DNA of 20,000 bases, from the sequence record DRR723986_4006; one strand, 5' to 3'. The translations under genes were made by a program, and so were the position numbers. The notes beneath the pieces are model-generated. The model was not told the origin of the DNA, ran no database searches, and saw only the letters and a program-made list of their open reading frames with translations. Below are positions 1 to 7,532 of this stretch, in pieces (position 1 is the first letter of the stretch; every line of letters starts with the position of its first letter).

Positions 1-273
1 CAGCAAATATTAAGTTCACCACCATATTACAGTAGCACTGTAAACAACTATGTAAAAAAGACTATTACCAGCGAAATTTATGTAGATGATGTTAACCGTA
101 AAATTTTGCATTTACTCTCTCAAGGCATAAAAACAAAAAGTTTAAACGAATATATTCCGCTATCTACAAGTGCTATTGAAAAGCGAAAAAAGCAACTAAA
201 GTTATTATTTTCTGTAACCGACGGAAAGGACGAAACATTGCTTCAAGAAGCTAGAGAAAAAGGTTATTTATAG
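1..273 (+). CDS. 3' end of a response regulator / LuxR-like HTH transcription factor (partial, runs off window start)
   Basis: Frame 1 is open from 1 to TAG at 271-273 and reads ...PPYYSSTVN...VDDVNRKILHLLSQGIKTKSLNEYIPLSTSAIEKRKKQLKLLF...LLQEAREKGYL*, resembling the C-terminal HTH of Flavobacteriaceae response regulators. Not in the ORF track because it has no start in the window. Confidence 0.8.
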   Translation, partial: QQILSSPPYYSSTVNNYVKKTITSEIYVDDVNRKILHLLSQGIKTKSLNEYIPLSTSAIEKRKKQLKLLFSVTDGKDETLLQEAREKGYL

Positions 274-292
274 AAATTTGTGAAAAAAAAAC

Positions 293-411
293 ACCGTTTT
301 TACGGTTGTTAAATCTTCTTCAAAGTACCGTTCTAATTGAAAACTACGGTTTAACCACAGCATTTTTGAGGTTTAACCACAACAAAAAGTCGGTTACGAT
401 ATTTACATTTA
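293..411 (+). promoter_or_regulatory. Phased regulator-binding motif array plus -7-like promoter element
   Basis: Exact 12-bp direct repeat GGTTTAACCACA at 348-359 and 370-381 (22 bp apart). (C/A)GGTT cores at 303, 347, 369 and 391 are all on a 22-bp phase. Palindrome ACCGT-TTTT-ACGGT at 293-306. TACATTTA at 404-411 is one mismatch from TAnnTTTG. Confidence 0.5.
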
Positions 412-416
412 CACCA

Positions 417-509
417 AGTCAACAAGAATTAATTAATCCCTCTTTAAGTAATTGTTGAGTTAATAGCAAGAAAATTAACCTAGTAGCATCTCATGTTACT
501 AGGTTTTTT
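417..509 (+). ncRNA. Candidate small RNA (two stem-loops)
   Basis: Lies between a -7-like element (404-411) and an intrinsic terminator, with no plausible ORF. TCAACAA (419-425) pairs with TTGTTGA (452-458); an inner TTAA/TTAA stem closes a TCCCTCT loop (437-443). Confidence 0.35.
477..509 (+). terminator. Intrinsic terminator (possibly bidirectional)
   Basis: AACCTAGTAGCAT-CTC-ATGTTACTAGGTT hairpin (one G:U pair) ending in a T6 run (504-509); lies between convergent genes. Confidence 0.8.
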
Positions 510-511
510 CT

Positions 512-1009
512 TTATAGTAAACTAGCATTATAGTCTGATAACTTCACGATAAAAAAACCAAGAAATATTATTGCCACAATAAACTTTAAAAATGTTGATG
601 CAATAAAGCCTAAAAAAGATCCAAACGCTGCTTTCAATGCTTTATCAAAATCATTTCTATGTATCATTTCACCAATCAATGCACCAACAAATGGGCCAAT
701 AATAATACTAAAGGGAATAGGTGATAAAATACCAACAAGAAGACCCAAAGTCGTACCTATCATACCAGCTCTGCTACCACCAAAGCGTTTTGTGCCTAAT
801 GCAGGTATAATGTAATCTAATATGTAAATGAAGATAGCAACCAAAAGTGTACTGATAAGAAATGTTTGCGATAATTCAACACCTTCAGTAAAATGAAGTA
901 CTAATAAACCTGCCCAACTGGTGAGTGGACCTGGTAATATTGGTAAAAAACTACCAATTATTCCTAATATCATTAATAACAGTGCAACCAGCACTAAAAA
1001 TAATTCCAT
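512..1009 (-). CDS. DUF456 (YqgC-like) membrane protein
   Basis: 165 aa, highly hydrophobic, with GSFLPILPGP, KRFGGSRAG and GPFVGALIGE motifs. Confidence 0.85.
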   Translation of the reverse strand: MELFLVLVALLLMILGIIGSFLPILPGPLTSWAGLLVLHFTEGVELSQTFLISTLLVAIFIYILDYIIPALGTKRFGGSRAGMIGTTLGLLVGILSPIPFSIIIGPFVGALIGEMIHRNDFDKALKAAFGSFLGFIASTFLKFIVAIIFLGFFIVKLSDYNASLL

Positions 1010-1062
1010 ACATAAGTTTTAATTCACAAGTATGACGCAAAATAAAGCTATTCGTTACATTT

Positions 1063-1125
1063 TAAACTAAAATATTAGTTTAAACTAAAATATTAGTTAT
1101 ATTTGTTATAACTAAAAAGTTAGTT
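1063..1125 (+). promoter_or_regulatory. Promoter and three palindromic operators for BlaI paralogue 1
   Basis: AACTAA-N4-TTAGTT at 1065-1080, 1083-1098 and 1110-1125. The first two form an exact 18-bp tandem (1063-1080, 1081-1098). The -7 element TATATTTG is at 1098-1105. Confidence 0.75.
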
Positions 1126-1127
1126 CA

Positions 1128-1487
1128 ATGAAACAGTTAACAAAAGCAGAAGAAGAAATAATGCAGGCACTATGGCAATTAAAAAAGGCCAATGTTAAGT
1201 CTGTTATAGAAGTTTTACCAGAGCCTAAGCCTGCGTATAACACGGTTTCTACAATAATAAGAATATTAGAATCAAAGGGATTTGTAGATTACGAAAAACA
1301 AGGCAAAGGTCATATCTATTTTCCGGTTGTGGCAAAAGAATCCTACAGTAATCAATCGATAAATAAATTAGTAGACAATTATTTTCAAGGTTCTTTCAAA
1401 AGTATGGTTTCCTTTTTTGTGCAAAAAAATGATGTAGACGTTAAGGATATTGAAGGATTATTAAAGGGGATTGATAAAAACAAGTAA
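1128..1487 (+). CDS. BlaI/MecI/CopY family transcriptional repressor (paralogue 1)
   Basis: 119 aa; LTKAEEEIMQALW...PKPAYNTVSTIIRILESKGFV...YFP...YFQGSFKSMVSFF is the penicillinase-repressor pattern. Confidence 0.92.
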   Translation: MKQLTKAEEEIMQALWQLKKANVKSVIEVLPEPKPAYNTVSTIIRILESKGFVDYEKQGKGHIYFPVVAKESYSNQSINKLVDNYFQGSFKSMVSFFVQKNDVDVKDIEGLLKGIDKNK

Positions 1488-1489
1488 TT

Positions 1490-1663
1490 ATGCTTTATAA
1501 CATTTTACAAATAGTTGCATTTCAGGCTTTGTTTTTATTGGTCTATGATTTACTTCTCAGAAAAGAGACTTTCTTTAATTACAATCGAGCATATTTGCTG
1601 GTTACTTCAATGCTTTCAATAGCTTTGCCGTTTATAAAGTTTCCAGAATTACAATCCATATAA
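1490..1663 (+). pseudogene. Truncated N-terminus of an M56 (BlaR1/MecR1-like) metallopeptidase
   Basis: ATG starts 2 nt past the blaI stop. MLYNILQIVAFQALFLLVYDLLLRKETFFNYNRAYLLVTSMLSIALPFIKFPELQSI* aligns by eye with the N-terminus of the intact M56 at 16590 (LVYVLLLEQQKMHRFKRFYLL...IPLL). It stops after 57 aa, with no HExxH. Confidence 0.85.
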
Positions 1664-2045
1664 TGCAGATGCCATATTTGTAATTGGAAGTTATTATGAG
1701 CGTTTAAGTAATTTTGAAAAAGCAGAAGAATATTATAAAAAATCACTCTTACTTAAAGACTTATCCTTGTCTCATGAATATTTACAATTAGGACGTGTTT
1801 TAAACAGGCAAAAAAAATATAAAGAGGCTATTGAAGCTTTTCAGAAGGCATTAAAAGAAGATCCAACAGACGTTATGATTGAGTTTTTCTTAATAAGAAC
1901 AAAAGATGAATATTATGCTGATGTAGATACAAAAATTAAACTTTATGAAGCATTTGTTGAGAAACATAAAAACATACCATTTATTGCTTTTGCAAAAGAC
2001 CGTTTAGAAAAGCTGAAGCAAGAAAAGTTTTTGGAACAGGATTAA
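1650..2045 (+). pseudogene. 3' remnant of a tetratricopeptide-repeat protein gene
   Basis: The frame of the 1767 ORF is open back to 1638 and TPR-like well before the TTG at 1767: YNPYNADAIFVIGSYYERLSNFEKAEEYYKKSLLLK...YLQLGRVLNRQKKYKEAIEAFQKALKEDP. There is no start codon before the first TPR unit. Confidence 0.7.
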
Positions 2046-2086
2046 AATCTAAAAATATTGTACTTTTCGGTATCAGAAATGTGCTA

Positions 2087-2563
2087 ATGAAACCAGTTGC
2101 TCTAATTTTAATTTTACTATTTGTATCATCTTGTAGTTATTTTGAAAAGCAAAAAGTGCATTCTGAGGATTTGCTCGAAGAGGAACTAAAGACCTTCAAT
2201 TGGAACGAGGTAGATACTTATCCAACATTTAGTAGTTGTGATTCTATAATGATAAAGGAAGATAGTAAACTGTGCTTTCAAAACACATTAGTAGAAAGCG
2301 TCAATAGATTTCTTGAAAACCAAAATTTAGTTGTTGCAGGTGATGTAAATGACACTATAAAATTAAGACTCATAATTGATAAAAAGGGTGAACTTGAGAT
2401 TGATCAAATAGACCTAAATCCTGAAACAGAATATCAAATACCTGAAATTGACAGTTTACTACGACAAAGTCTTAACGAAATTCCAAAAATTTATCCTGCT
2501 ATAAAACGCGGCCAACAGGTCACTACGGTTTTTGAGCTACCAGTTATTGTACAAATACATTAA
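2087..2563 (+). CDS. Lipoprotein with TonB C-terminal-like domain
   Basis: Lipobox LFVSSC; YPTFSSC...C and C-terminal PAIKRGQQVTTVFELPVIV resemble Flavobacterial TonB_C domains. ATG 2087 is preferred over GTG 2081. Confidence 0.65.
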   Translation: MKPVALILILLFVSSCSYFEKQKVHSEDLLEEELKTFNWNEVDTYPTFSSCDSIMIKEDSKLCFQNTLVESVNRFLENQNLVVAGDVNDTIKLRLIIDKKGELEIDQIDLNPETEYQIPEIDSLLRQSLNEIPKIYPAIKRGQQVTTVFELPVIVQIH

Positions 2564-3297
2564 AATCTTATTGCTAGTTTTTGCATTAAACGTAGCACTT
2601 CTACATATAACCAAATCAGTGTTGCTAAAAGTCCCCAAGTAGCAATCCACTCCTTATATTTTGGCGCTTTGTTTTTATAGCGCTCTATGTAGTCAAAATC
2701 TAATAATAATGCAAAAGAAGCGACCATAGCAGCTAAAACATTAAAGGCAATTGCAAACCATGATGTTCCCCATAAATAGGGTTTAATACCAAAAAAGCTT
2801 AAAATCCATGAGATGATATAGACAACCATAATACTTATTGTAGCTGTGATTATAACACTTCTAAGTTTTTTGGTAACAACAATTATTCGTAATTGGTAGA
2901 GTATTAGCATTACAAAAAAGGTTACAATGGTTACACCAATGGCCTGAAACGGAAGTTCTGGAAAATGACGATGCGCATAGGCAGAGAACCCACCTAAGAA
3001 AAACCCTTTGGCGACCATGTAGAATGGTACTAAAAAATGTGCCCAGTTTTGCCTAATTGAGATTAAAACACTTACAACAGCCGCTCCTAGCATACCGCCT
3101 AATGTGTACCAACGCATTGGCATTCCATTTTCATTCAGCTTCCATAAATAGCCAGTAATTGCTGCGATTATTAAAATTCCAAATACAGATTTAAAGAAAA
3201 TGCCAGCTACAGTCATGGTTTTAGATGAAGACTTTTCATCTTCCCAGAAATAACCATTAAAAACCGGATTTGAGGTTTTAAAATTTCGTAAACTCAT
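2560..3297 (-). CDS. Bax inhibitor-1/YccA family membrane protein
   Basis: 245 aa with about 7 TM segments; N-terminal TSNPVF...MTVAG and C-terminal LLLDFDYIE...APKYKEW...GLLATLIWLYVEVLRL. Confidence 0.88.
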   Translation of the reverse strand: MSLRNFKTSNPVFNGYFWEDEKSSSKTMTVAGIFFKSVFGILIIAAITGYLWKLNENGMPMRWYTLGGMLGAAVVSVLISIRQNWAHFLVPFYMVAKGFFLGGFSAYAHRHFPELPFQAIGVTIVTFFVMLILYQLRIIVVTKKLRSVIITATISIMVVYIISWILSFFGIKPYLWGTSWFAIAFNVLAAMVASFALLLDFDYIERYKNKAPKYKEWIATWGLLATLIWLYVEVLRLMQKLAIRF

Positions 3298-4160
3298 TAA
3301 AGATTAAATTTATAACCAATCGCAATATCGGTTGAGAAGTTACCTTGGTTATCTAAAAATGCTGCGAATAATTCTCCGTAAATAATTGTAATAAAGCTAT
3401 TGTCACTTACTCTAATATCTGAACCAATTCCAAAAATAAATGGAACATCAAATGATGTATCATCTAACTTTAATTCTGTATCATCTTCATTAATTACAGT
3501 GACATTGCTCAAATTTAAGGTGGCAAGTTTTACTTGAGCATAAAGAGAAAAGGCAGATTTATTAATAACTCTAAATCTGTACCCTAATGAGAATTCTGTT
3601 GTACTATAAGGGAAATCATCACTATCAAAGGCATGTCTAGCCTGTAAAAACCCTGAGTGTCTGGGTAGACTATTTGCTTCGTAAATTTCTAATTCAGCAC
3701 CAATTAATGGTGTTTTGGTATTTTCAGGATTACCAACAAATGGATTGTTTGTTATTCCGCCAGAAAAGCCTAATCGCAATCCTACCTTACTTTTTGTGGA
3801 GTTAGTGGTGTAATTAGAGTCTTGGGTAGAATTATAGTTGTCTAAATATTCCCTTAAGCTGTAAAGCGTTAGTTTCATCTTATTGGCAGATATTCCACCA
3901 GTTAAATTACTCAATGTAGATTTGTATTCTTCTAGGTATTTTTTGGTGTCGTCTTTAGTATTTTTTAATTCTGTAATGGTGCCATTATCAGTCCTTACAA
4001 AATATCTATATTGTCCATCAATAATATTCCACAAGAGATCTAATTTTCCTTCAACTTCAGTTTTAAGTTCCAGAGTTTCACCATTTACAGTGTAAGTATT
4101 CTGGGCATATGCGTACTGAAGTGAAATGCAAAAAAGGGCAATGAATAATATCTTCTTCAT
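3297..4160 (-). CDS. Secreted / outer-membrane beta-barrel protein, function unknown
   Basis: Sec signal peptide (…YAYAQ); the C-terminal half has alternating beta-strand patterns and ends IAIGYKFNL. Confidence 0.7.
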   Translation of the reverse strand: MKKILFIALFCISLQYAYAQNTYTVNGETLELKTEVEGKLDLLWNIIDGQYRYFVRTDNGTITELKNTKDDTKKYLEEYKSTLSNLTGGISANKMKLTLYSLREYLDNYNSTQDSNYTTNSTKSKVGLRLGFSGGITNNPFVGNPENTKTPLIGAELEIYEANSLPRHSGFLQARHAFDSDDFPYSTTEFSLGYRFRVINKSAFSLYAQVKLATLNLSNVTVINEDDTELKLDDTSFDVPFIFGIGSDIRVSDNSFITIIYGELFAAFLDNQGNFSTDIAIGYKFNL

Positions 4161-4211
4161 AATATCTAAGTACTAGTTTTAGTAAAGCTACCAAAAATAT
4201 TCAATATGGAA

Positions 4212-5339
4212 TTATTTTTTAAAGGTTCTGCCTTTCCACTTGTATGGTTTAATAATGGAGAATAGTGCTATAAAAACATTGAAAAAAGGATAAACAATAC
4301 TTGATAATATATAAGAAGCAAGAATTGAATCTTGCTTATAAAAACGCGCTGTTTTAAATAGGAGTAAAAAGTTAATGCTAAATTTTAATACAATGAGTGC
4401 AACAGCAATTTTTATTGAAATAAGCTTGAAGATAATAAATGGCACTAATAGAATACTCAAAAGGTTTCCGAGGAAAATAACAACTCCAATTATCTTAGCG
4501 AACCAATTATTATAACTACTAGTTTTTGAAGCCCAACGTATGCGCTGCTCAAAAAGTTCATTTATGGTTCTAACAGGTTGGGTTCTTACAATTGCTTTTT
4601 GAGATTTTAGATATCTCACGTTATTCGTTTTTACAAATTTTTCTAGTAAGAAGATGTCATCACCACTGGCAATATAAGTATTGCCCTCAAAACCATTTAC
4701 CGAATTAAATACTGATTTTTTGTATGCGAAATTTGCTCCGTTACACATAAACGGTTTATTAATACCAAAGCCACCAATAGTTGCACCTTGTAAACTTAAA
4801 AAGTCAAGAGCTTGAAACCGTGCATTAAATGAAGCTGTGCCATGATAGGTAACGGGAGCGACTATTGCATCAGGATATTGAGTTAAAATAAATTCATTTA
4901 AGGCATCTAACCAGTATGTGCTAAATATGCAGTCTGCATCTGTAGTAACAATCCATTTATATTTAGCGATTTTTATCGCTGAGGTTATAGCATTTTTTTT
5001 TGGTGAACTCGAAGAATTGGTGCTATTTATAAGGTTTAGATCTAAAGACTCTTTTGCTTTTTTGATGAAATTATTAATAATACTTATAGAGTCATCTTCA
5101 GAATTGTCATCCACTAAAATAACCTCAAACTTATTTCTTGGGTAATTGAGAGAATTTAAAGAGATTAAAAGTTGTTCTAAATGTTTTGATTCATTTCTAA
5201 AAGGAATAATTATCGAGAACTTTGAATCAGATTTTAAATCTTGTAAATAATAATCATCAACATTATCAAATCCATAAATTAACAGCCCAATCAGGGCTAC
5301 ATATATTATAATAATGATTATTGAAATTGTAGAAATCAT
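4212..5339 (-). CDS. Glycosyltransferase family 2 (membrane-bound)
   Basis: SIIIPFRNE, VDDNSED, TTDADC, CNGAN, SGDD and QRIRW motifs, with flanking TM helices. Confidence 0.93.
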   Translation of the reverse strand: MISTISIIIIIIYVALIGLLIYGFDNVDDYYLQDLKSDSKFSIIIPFRNESKHLEQLLISLNSLNYPRNKFEVILVDDNSEDDSISIINNFIKKAKESLDLNLINSTNSSSSPKKNAITSAIKIAKYKWIVTTDADCIFSTYWLDALNEFILTQYPDAIVAPVTYHGTASFNARFQALDFLSLQGATIGGFGINKPFMCNGANFAYKKSVFNSVNGFEGNTYIASGDDIFLLEKFVKTNNVRYLKSQKAIVRTQPVRTINELFEQRIRWASKTSSYNNWFAKIIGVVIFLGNLLSILLVPFIIFKLISIKIAVALIVLKFSINFLLLFKTARFYKQDSILASYILSSIVYPFFNVFIALFSIIKPYKWKGRTFKK

Positions 5340-6307
5340 TATTCAGAGGAATTTGGGAGTTTAAAATTTAGCACAAAATAACTTCCAAACAAACTTGGTA
5401 TCACAAAGTTAAGTAGCCACATAATGGTTGTAACAGAAAGAATTTTAAGCTCGTTAACCTGAACGTAACCAAACAAAAATACTGCTACACTACCTTTAAT
5501 AACCACATCAAAAATTGATATAGAAGGTACTACGGAAGCTAAAAAATACATACTTGTTATTACCACCATGGCTTTAGAATATTCTACCTCCGCGCCGAAA
5601 ATAGTGAGTAAATAATAAAATTGAAACGAAAAAATTAGATATCTAACTAATGATAAAAGCAAATTGATAACATGAAATTTTCCGCCTAATTTTTTAATGT
5701 AGTTAAATACGCGGTCAAACGTGAATCCTTTGATTTTAAAACGATTTTGTTTAACCCCAAAAACTGTAAAAAGACTAATAATAAATAGGATAAAAACAAA
5801 TTTTAAAACCTTATAATAATTTACATCTATTTGATATCTGTTTACAAAAATGACAAACCCTATAACACCACATACAGTTGTTATGGTCATTTGAGCCATG
5901 TTTCCTAACAGGTTTAATAAAATGATTTTAGTTCTTAAGTATTTTGAGTAGTAAACAGCTTTAGCACCATAATCGCCAATTCTATTTGGTGTAATTAATG
6001 AGGCTGTTAAGCCTCCTAAACTTTGTTCTAAAGCATTTTTAAATGAAATTATCTTAACATTACTAACAAGATTTTTCCATTTTAGAATTTCAAAAAACCA
6101 ATTAAAAATGGTCAAAATGAGTAAAAAAGTGATGTTTTTAGTTGAAAATGTGTCGTTTTCGTGCAAAAAAGTAATAAATTCACTCAATTGTAGATTTTCA
6201 TTTTCTGATAATCTGGTATATATGAAATAAAATGCACCAACTACAATACTCAATTTAATAAGTACAAAGAAGAATTGCTTAGTTTTGTAAGGCACATTAT
6301 AATGCAT
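5339..6307 (-). CDS. Lysylphosphatidylglycerol synthase TM-domain (flippase-like) membrane protein
   Basis: 322-aa polytopic protein; NWFFEILKW, SLITPNRIGDYG and WLLNFVIPSLFG motifs. Overlaps the GT2 start by 1 nt. Confidence 0.75.
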   Translation of the reverse strand: MHYNVPYKTKQFFFVLIKLSIVVGAFYFIYTRLSENENLQLSEFITFLHENDTFSTKNITFLLILTIFNWFFEILKWKNLVSNVKIISFKNALEQSLGGLTASLITPNRIGDYGAKAVYYSKYLRTKIILLNLLGNMAQMTITTVCGVIGFVIFVNRYQIDVNYYKVLKFVFILFIISLFTVFGVKQNRFKIKGFTFDRVFNYIKKLGGKFHVINLLLSLVRYLIFSFQFYYLLTIFGAEVEYSKAMVVITSMYFLASVVPSISIFDVVIKGSVAVFLFGYVQVNELKILSVTTIMWLLNFVIPSLFGSYFVLNFKLPNSSE

Positions 6308-6334
6308 GGTACAAATTAAATCAAAAACTCATAG

Positions 6335-6973
6335 ATGCAGCAAAATTTAAAACATTACCTTCTATTTTTTATCACTGTTTTTGTAACAATTAATAGTTAT
6401 GGTCAATTTAAGGATACTGCTAAATGGAAGGCGCTTTTCGCGGTAGGTTTTAACTATCCTGATGCAGATGGATTTATAGATGGAGCCTATGCTCAGTCTG
6501 CTAATTTTCCAACAGTGAACTTGGGGATTCAGCATATGTTTAAGAAAGAAATGGGAGTTAAACTAGATTTTGGGTTTAATAGAGCTAAAAGTGGCGATGA
6601 TGTGCCCGACTTTAAGATTAATTATTCACGTATAAATGCGCAATTTGTATATGACCCTTCCGATTTTATAGGATTTCTGCCCAATAGATTACGAACAGTT
6701 TTACACGCTGGTCCTGGTTATACCTTTGTTAAACCCTTGGGTAATTTAGGAGGTAACAAACAATCGTATTTAAACTTATTAGGTGGTTTAGAGATTCATT
6801 ACGCTATCGCAGAAAAAGTGTCAGTATATGCTGATGCAGCATACATTTATGGCTTAACATCATTAGATGATTATGACCCAGTGTTAGATGGTTTAGGTGC
6901 ATTTAACGGCAATATGTTTAATATAACCATTGGTTTAGCAGTGTCTTTAAGTGGTTGTCAGTTTTGTGATTAG
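6335..6973 (+). CDS. Outer-membrane beta-barrel protein (OmpA-like membrane domain only)
   Basis: Signal peptide, amphipathic strands (HMF...GVKLDFGFNR, YSRINAQFVYD, HAGPGYT); ends GCQFCD. Confidence 0.65.
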   Translation: MQQNLKHYLLFFITVFVTINSYGQFKDTAKWKALFAVGFNYPDADGFIDGAYAQSANFPTVNLGIQHMFKKEMGVKLDFGFNRAKSGDDVPDFKINYSRINAQFVYDPSDFIGFLPNRLRTVLHAGPGYTFVKPLGNLGGNKQSYLNLLGGLEIHYAIAEKVSVYADAAYIYGLTSLDDYDPVLDGLGAFNGNMFNITIGLAVSLSGCQFCD

Positions 6974-6976
6974 TAG

Positions 6977-7531
6977 ATGAGTGAAGAGAAAATTATATTA
7001 GGAATTGATCCAGGAACAACAATTATGGGATTTGGTCTCATTAAAGTGGTTGGTAAGAAAATGCAGTTTATGCAACTGAATGAGTTGCAGCTTAAAAAGT
7101 ACGACGATCATTACTTAAAATTGAAACTTATTTTTGAGCGCACAGTAGAACTTATTGATAGCTATCATCCTGATGAAATTGCGATTGAAGCACCATTTTT
7201 TGGTAAAAATGTACAAAGTATGCTTAAGCTTGGTAGAGCACAAGGTGTAGCCATGGCAGCAGGTTTGTCGCGAGAAGTACCAATTACAGAATATTCGCCA
7301 AAGAAAATTAAAATGGCAATTACAGGTAACGGAAATGCCAGTAAAGAACAAGTAGCCAAAATGCTTCAAAGTTTATTACAGCTTAAGGAATTACCAAAAA
7401 ACCTCGATTCTACAGATGGGTTGGCAGCTGCGGTTTGTCATTTTTACAATCAAGGTAGAGTACAGGTTGGGAAAAGTTATTCTGGTTGGTCTGCTTTTGT
7501 GAAGCAGAATGAAGGCAGAGTAAAGAAATAG
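6977..7531 (+). CDS. ruvC: Crossover junction endodeoxyribonuclease RuvC
   Basis: ILGIDPGT, IAIEAPF, LGRAQGV, GNGNASKEQV and DSTDGLAAAVCH motifs. Confidence 0.97.
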   Translation: MSEEKIILGIDPGTTIMGFGLIKVVGKKMQFMQLNELQLKKYDDHYLKLKLIFERTVELIDSYHPDEIAIEAPFFGKNVQSMLKLGRAQGVAMAAGLSREVPITEYSPKKIKMAITGNGNASKEQVAKMLQSLLQLKELPKNLDSTDGLAAAVCHFYNQGRVQVGKSYSGWSAFVKQNEGRVKK

Positions 7532-7532
7532 A

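Noticed and set aside
348-381. Direct repeats as a mini-CRISPR array
   Set aside because: Only two 12-bp units with a 10-bp gap and no cas genes; this fits regulator binding sites better.
1577-1656. AATTACAATC occurs twice (1577 and 1647), near the proposed junction
   Set aside because: A 10-bp AT-rich match can be chance, and both copies are retained, so it is not evidence for the deletion mechanism.
1630-1665. Programmed +1 frameshift making an M56-TPR fusion
   Set aside because: No convincing slippery site or stimulatory structure, and the fusion would lack the whole protease domain; a deletion is simpler.
1767-2045. Complete 92-aa gene starting at TTG 1767
   Set aside because: TPR-like coding sequence continues about 39 codons upstream in the same frame, so 1767 is probably internal.
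3883-5145. + strand ORFs 3883-4095 and 4918-5145
   Set aside because: Antisense shadows of real genes with no recognisable protein features.
6977-7531. RuvC as a Cas12/TnpB or defence nuclease
   Set aside because: It is a typical 184-aa housekeeping Holliday junction resolvase next to hemW, with no array or IS context.
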